Under the pieces are notes generated by a model. It saw only the letters and a program-made list of their open reading frames with translations. It had not been told where the DNA came from and searched no databases. From assembly GCA_964510775.1 (NCBI GenBank), contig CAZEBZ010000002.1:8447-72446 (forward strand): 64,000 bases of DNA, given 5' to 3'. The position numbers and the translations under genes are program-made. Origin of the DNA: an uncultured Thermodesulfobacteriota bacterium. Its GTDB lineage: Bacteria; Desulfobacterota; GWC2-55-46; JADFVP01. Below are positions 1 through 9,480 of this stretch, piece after piece. Position 1 is the first letter of the stretch. The number at the start of each line of letters is the position of its first letter.

Positions 1-328
1 AGACCTTATCAAAACTATTATCGGCAAAACCAACGCTCATGGCGTCCATGCTAAGCACATTTATATAATCAAGACGATTCTCATCTATCTTTTTCTTGGC
101 TTTCTTAAGCATCTCCCTTGAGAGATCTATGCCTACGACCTTGCAGTGCTTTGGGTATACAGAGAAGGAGAGTCCCGTACCTACGCCTACATCGAGGACG
201 CGCTCGCCCGGTTTTATATCCATAGTAGTAATAGCGTTACTGATTCTGGGATAAAAAAACCTCTTAAAGAGCATATCGTATACACTGGAATAGGCCGCGT
301 ATACCTTCTTAATGCTCTCTATTTCCAT
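1..328 (-). CDS. Class I SAM-dependent methyltransferase, partial (runs off the window start; N-terminus at 328)
   Basis: Reverse translation from ATG at 328 gives MEIESIKKVYAAYSSVYDML...VLDVGVGTGLSF, the glycine-rich motif I of Rossmann-fold methyltransferases. This ORF is missing from the supplied ORF track because it is truncated by the window edge. Confidence 0.6.
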   Translation of the reverse strand, partial: MEIESIKKVYAAYSSVYDMLFKRFFYPRISNAITTMDIKPGERVLDVGVGTGLSFSVYPKHCKVVGIDLSREMLKKAKKKIDENRLDYINVLSMDAMSVGFADNSFDKV

Positions 329-672
329 GGACTGACCCCCTCCCCCCAAGAAGGGCTCTTTCATAGATATCTCTTTCTTCAACTCTTCCTCCAGATAATA
401 AACTTCCCGACACCTTTCTTATGCCGGATATTGACAGAACAACTCATAAAAACTATATAGAAACTAACAAGATAACCCGCCCGGCGATATACAGGAGGTC
501 AAGATATAAGATCTCTCCCGTTACGGGTCTCAGCAGGGCACTTGGATATTATCTAATATATATCAGCAGGATAAAGAGCGCAACCTATTTTTTTTGCTTC
601 TGCCTGTAATTTTTAAAGAGAGAGAATATGGGTAAAATCAATGTCCATGACACCTATACACACCATGCCGGT

Positions 673-2451
673 CTAACCCTCCCCCGCTGCTGCCCCGCCT
701 CTCCCCCTTATCATGGCCTTTTTAACCCCAAAGGCCAGAGAGGTCTTTGATACCTCCCTTATCCTGAAACCCGGCCTCGCACCTCCGCCCCAGGTATCCT
801 TATAGGGAGAAAAAGCCAGCGAGAGACCTGTGCCGTCAAGGCCTCTCATCTCTGCCATGCCAAATCCTATGGCCCGTGCCCTTGCGCCGTCCTCACTAAG
901 CCTGAAGCTAAGGTGTCTGCCGCCGACTACTTTTGTACCCACAACAGTAGCGCCCTGAAGACAGAGCAGGGGCTCTCTGTTGGCCATTCCAAAGGGAGCG
1001 AGACTCTCTATCTCCATAATAGCCCGAAGGCTCATGTCTCTTAATGAGACAGCGGCGTCAAGCTCTACCTCGGCGACAAGGTCCTCTTCAGTAAGAGTCT
1101 CGCGGGCAAAGGCCAAAAAGCCCTCAGTAAATGCCTCTACCATCTCTCTACTTACTGAAAAACCCGCTGCGGCCCTATGGCCGCCGAATCTAATCAGTGA
1201 CGCGGCGTTGCTCTTAATGCCCTCAAGTATATTAAATGCCTTGATCCCACGGGCGGAACCGCGGCCAATATCACCATCAAGGGCTATCATCACTACAGGA
1301 AGGCCAAAGCGCTCAGTAAGCCTTGAGGCAACTATGCCTATGACGCCCTGATGCCAGTTATCAGAGGCAAGCACCATGGCGCGGCGCGGCCCCGTCTCTA
1401 CCTTCATAAGGGACTCGGCCATAATAAGGGCCTCGTCCATAATATCACTCTCCATGTTTCTGCGCGAGGTATTGGCATCGTCAAGAGCCGCCGCCATAAC
1501 AGCGGCCTCTTTTGCGTCATCAGTTACAAGCAAAGAGAGGGCCATATCAGCCCTTGCGATGCGTCCCGCGGCATTAATGCGGGGGGCGAGCTTAAAGCCG
1601 ATATGATAAGACTCTACAGGGCCAGGGGGTATTGCGGAGACCTCTTTCAGTGCTATGAGCCCCGGCCGCTCTGTATCGGTAAGCTCAACAAGGCCGTAGC
1701 GGACAAATATCCTGTTCTCGCCTACGAGGGGTACCATATCCGAGACAGTACCTATGGCGACAAGGTCAAGAAAACGCTTGAGGTTTGGCCCCTTACCCGT
1801 TATCAGACCGCTCTCGCGCAGCCTTGACCGCAGGGCCATGATAAGGTTAAAGGCGACTCCTACGCCTGCGAGAGACTTAAATGGAAAGGCGCAGCCCTCT
1901 TGGCGGGGGTTTATAAAGGCGCGTGCAGGAAGCTTTTGTTCCGTGGGCTCATGATGGTCTGTTACTAAGACATCTATACCAAGAGCAGCGGCGGCGGATA
2001 TTTCATTATGGTTGGAGGTGCCGCAATCAACTGTAATTACAACCTTGACGCCTTTTTCACCAAGGGCCTTCAAGCCCTTAATATTAAGGCCGTAACCCTC
2101 GCCCTGCCGCTCCGGTATGTATGTATAGATTTTATGCCCTATGGACTTGAAAAAGAGGTATACAAGGGCCGCCGAGCTTGTGCCGTCAACGTCATAATCG
2201 CCCCATACGGCTATGGCCTCGCCTTTTTGCAAGGCCTCTTGGATACGCCCTACGGCCTTATCCATGTCTTTCAAGAGAAAAGGGTCGTGGAGGTCCTCAA
2301 GACCTGGACGCAAAAAAGAAGAGGCCTTCTCGCTGTCAGCAAGACCTCTATTAATGAGTATGCGAGCCGTAAGGGGCAGGATATTAAGGTCTCTTACCAG
2401 TTTATCCTGAAGGGACTTATCAAGTGGAGTTACCTTCCAGCGTTTTTTCAT
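673..2451 (-). CDS. recJ: Single-stranded-DNA-specific exonuclease RecJ
   Basis: 592 aa with DHH-family motifs (VVITVDCGTSN...DVLVTDHH), a DHHA1-like GGGHxxAAG segment, and a typical RecJ N-terminus. Confidence 0.9.
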   Translation of the reverse strand: MKKRWKVTPLDKSLQDKLVRDLNILPLTARILINRGLADSEKASSFLRPGLEDLHDPFLLKDMDKAVGRIQEALQKGEAIAVWGDYDVDGTSSAALVYLFFKSIGHKIYTYIPERQGEGYGLNIKGLKALGEKGVKVVITVDCGTSNHNEISAAAALGIDVLVTDHHEPTEQKLPARAFINPRQEGCAFPFKSLAGVGVAFNLIMALRSRLRESGLITGKGPNLKRFLDLVAIGTVSDMVPLVGENRIFVRYGLVELTDTERPGLIALKEVSAIPPGPVESYHIGFKLAPRINAAGRIARADMALSLLVTDDAKEAAVMAAALDDANTSRRNMESDIMDEALIMAESLMKVETGPRRAMVLASDNWHQGVIGIVASRLTERFGLPVVMIALDGDIGRGSARGIKAFNILEGIKSNAASLIRFGGHRAAAGFSVSREMVEAFTEGFLAFARETLTEEDLVAEVELDAAVSLRDMSLRAIMEIESLAPFGMANREPLLCLQGATVVGTKVVGGRHLSFRLSEDGARARAIGFGMAEMRGLDGTGLSLAFSPYKDTWGGGARPGFRIREVSKTSLAFGVKKAMIRGRGGAAAGEG

Positions 2452-2635
2452 ATAACCTGATAGTCCCCCTGCAATAAAGAGAATATTTTAAGATAATAGC
2501 AGCGTTAGCCGGAAAAGAAATTAAGGGGCAACTTTAAAATACATATTAAAATATCTTATATAGAAAGACCTTTTCGGTCAAGTGATGATTAGAGGTAATA
2601 AGCAAGAATATATAAGAGGGATAATAGAAAGCAGC

Positions 2636-2646
2636 GGGGGGGGGGG
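2636..2646. repeat. Homopolymeric G tract (G11, then A, then GGG) in the recJ upstream region
   Basis: gcagc GGGGGGGGGGG a ggg gtaag, 185-200 bp upstream of the recJ start and 55 bp downstream of the HD-GYP stop. Confidence 0.7.
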
Positions 2647-2699
2647 AGGGGTAAGAAGAAAAACTCATCAGGGAGAGGCAAACTGTGAGCAATGAGACA

Positions 2700-3929
2700 T
2701 TATAACTTCGCGGCAAATCCGCCTATCAGCTCTCTAACCTCTGCCACATCAAGACGCTCGGCAAGAAGGGGCACAATAATGGGGCGCTCGGCCTCACCAT
2801 TAACCTCCTCAAGTATTACGTTCACAAAGGCAACAACTGCCGCCGGGTCGAACTGTGTGCCCGTATGCTTCTTAATCTCAGAGATTGCGGCATTAAAGCT
2901 GAGACGCGGCCTGTATGGCCTGTCAGTGGTCATGGCGTCAAAGGCATCCATGAGGGCCATCACCTTCGCACCAGCCGGTATCTCGCCGTGTGCAAGCCTG
3001 TCGGGGTAGCCCGTACCGTCGATCTTTTCGTGATGGTTGCGTGTCATCATGGCGATACCCTTCCAGGGGAAATGTATCTTCGAGAGTATCTCATACCCCA
3101 CTACGGGGTGAGAGTTAAGCTCTCGCACTTCCATGCTTGTCAGCGGGCTGGCCTTGTTGATTATAGTCTTGTCTACGGTAATCTTACCAATGTCATGGAG
3201 CAGGCCGGCGACTTTTATACCCTCTACCCGGGTCTTTGTCCAGCCCATCTTCTCTGCCACCACTGCGCTGTAGGCAGAGACCCTGTGAGAGTGCCCCTTT
3301 GTATATGCGTCCTTTGCGTCAATAGCCGTGGCAAAGGCATGGATAGTGTCGCGGTAAACCATGGAGAGATTATCATAAAGGCCCTTGTTCTCATTATACT
3401 TGTGCATAAGGCGTGTAAAGAGGGCGTTTGTATGGAGGCTGTAGGAGATATGCTGCGCCATAACAGAGAAGAGCTGTCTGTCGTAAAGTGTATAATCCTG
3501 CCCCGAGACCTTCTCGCTTATGGCTATAACGCCGAAGAGTTCTCCCTTTATCACAAGGGGAGAGGCTACTCTAACATTAAAACGGAGAAGCTCTTCTCTG
3601 AGGGTACCAAAGACAGCACCGCTGGCCTCATCATTCAGGTCAAAGGCCTGAAGGTTCACGCAAAGGGCCTTTATCGTATCCCTGCCGAGTATAAGGGTCT
3701 TGCCGCCAAGACCAGGTATGCCCTTTGCCGCTACAGAGGCAAAACACTTTTTTTCCCTGTCATAAGAGAGAATAACCCCCCTGGACGTAGAGAATGAGCC
3801 CATGACCATCATAAGGGAAGACCTCATAATCTTCACAAAATCCTTGGGTGAAGCTATCTCTTCGCCGAGCTCGGCAAGGGTATTAAGATGAAAGACAAGT
3901 TTTTCAAGACTTACATCAGGCACTACCAT
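2700..3929 (-). CDS. GAF domain + HD-GYP c-di-GMP phosphodiesterase
   Basis: 409 aa. The C-terminal half carries an HD motif (HSHRVSAYS...LLHDIGK) and HHEKIDGTGYP (HD-GYP signature). The N-terminal half is GAF-like. Confidence 0.85.
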   Translation of the reverse strand: MVVPDVSLEKLVFHLNTLAELGEEIASPKDFVKIMRSSLMMVMGSFSTSRGVILSYDREKKCFASVAAKGIPGLGGKTLILGRDTIKALCVNLQAFDLNDEASGAVFGTLREELLRFNVRVASPLVIKGELFGVIAISEKVSGQDYTLYDRQLFSVMAQHISYSLHTNALFTRLMHKYNENKGLYDNLSMVYRDTIHAFATAIDAKDAYTKGHSHRVSAYSAVVAEKMGWTKTRVEGIKVAGLLHDIGKITVDKTIINKASPLTSMEVRELNSHPVVGYEILSKIHFPWKGIAMMTRNHHEKIDGTGYPDRLAHGEIPAGAKVMALMDAFDAMTTDRPYRPRLSFNAAISEIKKHTGTQFDPAAVVAFVNVILEEVNGEAERPIIVPLLAERLDVAEVRELIGGFAAKL

Positions 3930-3982
3930 GACTACTCCTGTAATTCTTAACTCTCAATCAACTTTTTCAGAGGAAGATAAGA

Positions 3983-4372
3983 TTAAACAGCCGCTACGGG
4001 AACCTTTACACCGCAGGCCTTAAGGGCGTCATCTTCAGTATCATATATGGGCACGCTATCAGTAAGTCTCACAATCTTTAGAACATCATAGACAACACCG
4101 CGTACCCCTGACAAGAGAACTTTGGAGCCAACACCCTGTACCTTCTCTATAATACTTGTAAGTATAGAGATACCAATGGAATTTATAATATCCGTACTGG
4201 AAAAATCAAGGATAATGGCACAGCCTCTCTCCTTAAGAAAGGACTCGCATATCTCCTCAAGTTTCTCACCCTCGAGGTCGTTAATATAATCCCTTGCGTA
4301 GACTACAATAACGTCGCCGTAATCAGTGAAGGTTTTAACTTCTTTATCCATCACCGTCCTCTCCTTTTTCAT
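3983..4372 (-). CDS. STAS-domain anti-sigma-factor antagonist (SpoIIAA/RsbV-like)
   Basis: 129 aa. ILDFSSTDIINSIGISIL carries the conserved phosphorylatable Ser context of anti-anti-sigma factors. The gene overlaps the upstream kinase gene by 29 nt. Confidence 0.8.
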   Translation of the reverse strand: MKKERTVMDKEVKTFTDYGDVIVVYARDYINDLEGEKLEEICESFLKERGCAIILDFSSTDIINSIGISILTSIIEKVQGVGSKVLLSGVRGVVYDVLKIVRLTDSVPIYDTEDDALKACGVKVPVAAV

Positions 4373-6533
4373 TGAGATATTTTACAAGCACAAGGCGCGT
4401 TCCTCCATCAAGGCTCTCAAAGCGCACCTCATCCATAAGTCCTTTCATAAGAGCGAGCCCCCAGCCCCGTTTCTGAGGCAGAGCCTCGGCGCCGCCTGCG
4501 GCCGGAGTGGCCGAGAGGGCTCCGTCAAAATCATATCCGGGGTTGGATACATATATAGTAAGGGCCTCAGGAGAGGTGACAAACCTCAGATGCACCTTCG
4601 AGGGAGGCGAACCGCTGTGCTCAAAGGCGTTTATGCAGGCCTCCACCACGCTCGTCTTTATCCGCCCGATAGAGTCCTCGTCAAAACCCATCTCAGCGCT
4701 GATTTCAGTAGCCGCGCGCACGCCAACGAGCTCGGCATTACGGCTCGGAGGAAGCACCATCTCAAACTCCCTTACAGCGGGCTCAGGGCCGCTGGCACGG
4801 CCGCTCTGCACGGGGCACACGAGCTTTTTAATCGCAGCGAGGGCAACGGCGTCTGATGTGAAAGCAGGGCCGTCTTTTGCAAGCCTCTCAAGGGCTTCGC
4901 TGCTAAAGCCTTTTTTTCCAACGAGCCATCTTATTACCCGCGCAGGGCAGAACTCTCGCTGCAGAATACGGCTCCGCCGAAGAAAATTCTCTACATCACC
5001 TGTATTTACAAGGGTATCAGAGTCCTTAAGGCCAACGAGCCAGAGTACCTCGCCGCTGGCATCAAACCTGCCCGGAGCAAAACCATGGGCGATTACAATA
5101 GGCAGTCCGCTCTCGTATTTTTCAAATGCGCTCGCTGCAAAACACCCCGTGACGCTTGGAAGCCTCAGACGCGTCTCATCATCTGCATCCTCGGCGGCCT
5201 TATCACATGCGCCAATACGAAAGAGGGTCTGTGGCGCATCTTGACCTTCAAAAGCCCTCAAGACACTCATTATCTCATCTCTAAACCTTCCCTTTACGGC
5301 GCTGCCCTGTGCAGAGTAACCCGTCTTAAGGACATCCCTTATCATCCACGTCCTTGTCTCTTCGGCGCTCTTTCCAAGCAGAGCCGTAGAACACATGTAC
5401 TCAATATAGTCACCGGCTACAGGGTCAGTGGTACCGCGGATAGAGCCAAGATTAAGTGTAAGGAGGTTAAGAGAGGAGAGAAGCAACACTGTCTTCTCCA
5501 TATCGACGGCGCTTATGCCAAGCCTCTCCGAGAGGTCATCAAGACCTATGGGCCCCCGCTGCATCATAAGGGCACGTAGAGCCCGAAGGCCGCTTCGCCC
5601 GCATTGCGAGAACTCGCCGCCAAAGGCCGCGCCAAGAGTTCCCGTAGTAATCTCATTGACATAGAGGGCGGCAAAGCCTTTTATACTCTTAAGGGCCTCT
5701 ACGGGGCCGCATGACATGGCCCGCACAATCTCTCTAATATAAAATGGGTTTCCGCCGAGCCTTCGCGCCGCCATTGAGACTACCTCTGACTCAAAGCCAA
5801 GGCTGTAACCTCGCAGCAGCTCTTCTATCATAGCCCGGGCGTCGTAGCCAGGCAGACCCTTTACCTCTATGGTCTCGGAGTAGACCTCACCGGCGAGCCC
5901 ATTGCTCATAGCGCCTTCGCCCGAGGCAGCGGCAAAGGCCAGGGGCTTCAGTGCCGCACTTAACTCTCCCGCTACAGAGCCCCCCCTTTCGTAGAGGTTT
6001 ATAGACTCGGCAGAGTCTATATCGTCAAGGAGCAAAAAGGCGGCGGTGCCTGTCTCGCGAGATATAACCTCAACAATGCGAAGAGCGTTCCTAAGGAGCG
6101 CCGTCGGTTCATCTCCCCCTCGCAGGTCAAGGTGCGCGGTAATAAGGTCCGCAGTCTCGATAAAGCCCTCATCGGCAAGGAGGCTCCTGATTTTTTCAAG
6201 TCTCAACTGGCCCCGCGACACTTCGGGGTCACGCCTCTTAAAGGCACGAAACTGCTTTATAACGGCGGCGATAAAGCCGCCGCAAAACTCCTCAAGGCTC
6301 AATGAGGCACTTAATTGATAATATACGGGTACAACAAGACCCTGCTCCCAGAAGAGCTTCCTGTGCGTCCTTCTAAGTATCTCTGTCTTGCCTATCCACC
6401 TCGCCCCCTTAAGGATAATCGCGCAGGGCGGATGAGAGAGATCTACGGCTGCGCCGTAGATCTTATCCATAAGGGTCTCTCTACCAAAGAACTGCCCCTC
6501 GGGAAGTACTGAAAAAATGCTCTTATTTCTCAT
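4344..6533 (-). CDS. Fusion protein: N-terminal P-loop NTPase (AAA-like) + C-terminal RsbW/SpoIIAB-like HATPase_c serine kinase
   Basis: 729 aa. Walker A is GARWIGKT and Walker B is FLLLDDID near the N-terminus. The C-terminus has an N-box (EACINAFEH) and a G2-box (KRGWGLALMKGLMDEV) typical of anti-sigma serine kinases. Confidence 0.6.
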   Translation of the reverse strand: MRNKSIFSVLPEGQFFGRETLMDKIYGAAVDLSHPPCAIILKGARWIGKTEILRRTHRKLFWEQGLVVPVYYQLSASLSLEEFCGGFIAAVIKQFRAFKRRDPEVSRGQLRLEKIRSLLADEGFIETADLITAHLDLRGGDEPTALLRNALRIVEVISRETGTAAFLLLDDIDSAESINLYERGGSVAGELSAALKPLAFAAASGEGAMSNGLAGEVYSETIEVKGLPGYDARAMIEELLRGYSLGFESEVVSMAARRLGGNPFYIREIVRAMSCGPVEALKSIKGFAALYVNEITTGTLGAAFGGEFSQCGRSGLRALRALMMQRGPIGLDDLSERLGISAVDMEKTVLLLSSLNLLTLNLGSIRGTTDPVAGDYIEYMCSTALLGKSAEETRTWMIRDVLKTGYSAQGSAVKGRFRDEIMSVLRAFEGQDAPQTLFRIGACDKAAEDADDETRLRLPSVTGCFAASAFEKYESGLPIVIAHGFAPGRFDASGEVLWLVGLKDSDTLVNTGDVENFLRRSRILQREFCPARVIRWLVGKKGFSSEALERLAKDGPAFTSDAVALAAIKKLVCPVQSGRASGPEPAVREFEMVLPPSRNAELVGVRAATEISAEMGFDEDSIGRIKTSVVEACINAFEHSGSPPSKVHLRFVTSPEALTIYVSNPGYDFDGALSATPAAGGAEALPQKRGWGLALMKGLMDEVRFESLDGGTRLVLVKYLNEKGEDGDG

Positions 6534-8163
6534 ATAAAACTACCCTGTTCTTGCCTCTGCGTTTCGCCTGATACATGGCAGCATCGGCTCGGTAGATAAG
6601 GTCGTCAGTATTACGAGCGTCTCCTGGAAACTCGGCGATACCTATGGATATAGTAGGTGACGGACAAGACATCTCTTGGGGAAACTCCAGAAGCTCCACA
6701 TCAGACCTGATCCTCTCGGCAATGACCTCAGAATCAAGCTTCGAGGTATGGGAGAGTATGACGGCAAACTCCTCACCGCCGTAGCGCACAACAACGTCCA
6801 CTGTCCTTACGGCGTCTTTTATGGCCAGGGAAATACGTTTAAGCACATAATCGCCTGCAAGGTGGCCCCAGTTGTCGTTAAAGGCCTTAAAATCGTCAAC
6901 ATCTATTATGAAGACGGTAAAGCTGTCTCGCTGCCGCCTTACACGCTCGGCCTCCTCAAAGAGCCTGTTCTTGAAGAACCTTCTGTTAAAGAGTCCCGTA
7001 AGAGGGTCTGTCATGGAGACTGTCTTGAGCTTCTCGCTCATACTGTAGTAGGCCCCCCTCTCAAGGGCTATTGTGGCGTAGTTTGAGATGGAGAGAAGGA
7101 CAAAGAGGTCTTGAGATGTAAAGAGACCCTCTCCGCTCTTATCGGCAAGGTTTATAACCCCTATGACACGGTCATAGAGTTTCAATGGAGCGGAGATAAA
7201 AGAAGGCGTCTTGTAAGCCCGTTGGCTTTTTCTCCAAGGCAGCTCCTTATCGATATCCTCAATCACCATGGGCTCGCCCTTTTGCGCAGTGCGCCCCGTT
7301 ATACCCTGCCCCATTTTTATGCGCACACTTGTGGCGATGCTCTTTTCCAGCCCCCTTGATGACTTTATACGAAAGGCCTTGCTGGCGTTATCAAATATCA
7401 TCAATGAAGCGCGCTCAGCACCTATAAGCTCACTGGATTTGGAGAGTATTATCTCGTAGAGTGAGTCCTTATCTATTACCGTAGAGATACTCTTGTATAT
7501 ATCAAGAAGACCCTTGAACTCCCCGTTGTAAGAGAAACCTGCCGCAGAGGGAGTCTCATCACTTCGCGGTAGAGACGTATTGTGAAGGGATTCGAGAAAA
7601 GGCACGGCCAATCTCTTAAAGGTATCGGGAAGGCTGAAAAGTGAGTCTGTCGCGAGACTCTTTACACGCCCCTTAAGGCGCTGCCGCGTCTCTCTGTCAA
7701 GGCCGTTGAGACCCTTGACAAAGGCCTCGTCTTCACGGCCCCTCATATAGGTTCTGCCTCCCATAAGCACATAAGAGCGGCCCTTTAAGAAGACGGGCAT
7801 GGCAAAGGCGAACATATTGCCGTGACACTTGAATATATGGGTATTACCGTCATGAAGAGCCCGCAGAGCGGCCTTGTTGTAATCAGAGCTGCAAAGAGCG
7901 CGAAGCTCCTCCTTGGAGCTCATCTGATGAGCCACCTCGTCATTAAAGCTCGGAGGCACGATAAAGGCCCCCTTCTCATCATTAAGGGATACTGAGACGC
8001 CAAGAAGCCTTGAGAGACCGTCCTGAAATTCGCTCCACCTCGAGGCATTAAAACCCTCAAGATGCACAGGCGACCCGTCCTTGCTGCTGCCAGCCTCGTT
8101 TCCTATATTGGAGACTCTTTCCATATTCAAAAAAACCTCAATACCATAACAGTATTGAGGCAT
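6523..8163 (-). CDS. GAF domain + GGDEF diguanylate cyclase
   Basis: 546 aa. The active-site motif is RYGGEEFAV, with a DxLTGLxNRR I-site/linker region. The central domain is GAF. The gene overlaps the downstream ATPase-kinase gene by 11 nt. Confidence 0.85.
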   Translation of the reverse strand: MPQYCYGIEVFLNMERVSNIGNEAGSSKDGSPVHLEGFNASRWSEFQDGLSRLLGVSVSLNDEKGAFIVPPSFNDEVAHQMSSKEELRALCSSDYNKAALRALHDGNTHIFKCHGNMFAFAMPVFLKGRSYVLMGGRTYMRGREDEAFVKGLNGLDRETRQRLKGRVKSLATDSLFSLPDTFKRLAVPFLESLHNTSLPRSDETPSAAGFSYNGEFKGLLDIYKSISTVIDKDSLYEIILSKSSELIGAERASLMIFDNASKAFRIKSSRGLEKSIATSVRIKMGQGITGRTAQKGEPMVIEDIDKELPWRKSQRAYKTPSFISAPLKLYDRVIGVINLADKSGEGLFTSQDLFVLLSISNYATIALERGAYYSMSEKLKTVSMTDPLTGLFNRRFFKNRLFEEAERVRRQRDSFTVFIIDVDDFKAFNDNWGHLAGDYVLKRISLAIKDAVRTVDVVVRYGGEEFAVILSHTSKLDSEVIAERIRSDVELLEFPQEMSCPSPTISIGIAEFPGDARNTDDLIYRADAAMYQAKRRGKNRVVLYEK

Positions 8164-8514
8164 CCTTTACCCCGGCCAAGAGACCCTTCATGAGCCCCTT
8201 GATTCACAGATGCGTAACAAAAAGCCAACCCCTTCCTGCCAGGAACTACAATCATTTTTCACGAAGATTTTACCATAGAAATTGGTTTTTTACAATAAGT
8301 TTATTCTGCCTCTGGTTCGCCGCCGCGTTAAGCCTGCTTCTCAGATAGCGGTATGGATATGATTATGAGAGATAAGAACCGAGGGGAGAGCGAAGGGACA
8401 AAACACACCTCAGAAAGGCAGGCCGCATACCCGCCAAGGGATAAAGATATAACCGCCCCTAAACATATAAGAGAGCTTAAGGGCGAGATTAGAAGAAGAG
8501 CGTTACGGCAGGAA

Positions 8515-9441
8515 TCAGGTCTTTTCCAGGGCCTCGGTGCCTGCCTGCCCCTTAGCTGGACGCTCCTTCCATAAAAGAAGCACAGGGCTTGCTATGAACA
8601 TTGATGAATAGGTTCCAACCATTACGCCGAGAAAGAGGGCGAGGGCAAAGTCATGAATAACCTCGCCGCCAAAGAGAATCAGGGCCGCAAGGACTATAAG
8701 CGTAGTAAGAGAGGTAACAACGGTTCTGCTTAAGACCTCATTGATACTCCTGTTCACAAGGGAATAAAAGTCTTCATGCTTCTTTTTGTGAAGGTTCTCA
8801 CGTATTCGGTCAAAGACAACAACACTGTCAGAGAGAGAATATCCGGCGAGGGTGAGCAGCGCCGTCACAATAAGGAGGTTCATCTCCTTGTGCATGATAA
8901 AGAGCAGACCAAGCACTACGAGGACATCGTGGAATGTGGCGATAACAGCGGCCACGCCGAAACGGAACTCAAACCTCCATGCAACATAAAAGAGTATTCC
9001 AAGCAGGGCTATGCCAATGGCCTTAATTGCATCTGTTTGAAGTTTCTGACCAACTGTTGGCCCAACCTCTGAGGTGGAGTCAATAGTAAAGGGATTCTCG
9101 GCCATATCGGCGCGAAAGACGTCTGCTATGGCCCTTGATGTAGCCGCGAGATCTCCATCAGAGGATTTAAGGCGTACAAGTAATTGAGTGGGGTCTGAGA
9201 GCTCCTGCAGGTTGGCGTCCTCAAAACCTCCCCCCGAGAGCAGCCCTCTCACCTTCTCAAGGGCAACGGGGCCCTCGAACCTGAACTGAATAGAGACACC
9301 TCCGGAAAAATCTATACCCAGCCTCGCCATGCCCGTTGGGATAGCTATGGCCGCCACAATCCCCACAAGGGCAAAGATAGCCGATACAACGAAGGTAACC
9401 TTTCTAACACCGAGAAAATCTATCTTTGTATTTCCAAGCAT
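8515..9441 (-). CDS. secF: Protein translocase subunit SecF
   Basis: 308 aa polytopic membrane protein with SecF family conservation, located immediately downstream of secD. Confidence 0.9.
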   Translation of the reverse strand: MLGNTKIDFLGVRKVTFVVSAIFALVGIVAAIAIPTGMARLGIDFSGGVSIQFRFEGPVALEKVRGLLSGGGFEDANLQELSDPTQLLVRLKSSDGDLAATSRAIADVFRADMAENPFTIDSTSEVGPTVGQKLQTDAIKAIGIALLGILFYVAWRFEFRFGVAAVIATFHDVLVVLGLLFIMHKEMNLLIVTALLTLAGYSLSDSVVVFDRIRENLHKKKHEDFYSLVNRSINEVLSRTVVTSLTTLIVLAALILFGGEVIHDFALALFLGVMVGTYSSMFIASPVLLLWKERPAKGQAGTEALEKT

Positions 9442-9480
9442 ATCTTCCTTTTCATGCCGTTTAAAATCCGTTGAAGACGA

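Noticed and set aside
2865-3797. 310-aa plus-strand ORF
   Set aside because: Antisense to the HD-GYP gene, whose HD and GYP motifs are unambiguous. No domain signature.
4507-5244. 245-aa plus-strand ORF, plus other 60-170-aa plus-strand ORFs between 4326 and 6512
   Set aside because: All are antisense to the 729-aa ATPase-kinase gene. None has a motif, an upstream Shine-Dalgarno sequence, or coding-like composition.
8353-8574. 73-aa plus-strand ORF in the GGDEF-secF intergenic region
   Set aside because: No Shine-Dalgarno sequence and no motifs, and it overlaps the secF 3' end. Likely non-coding promoter region for the GGDEF operon.
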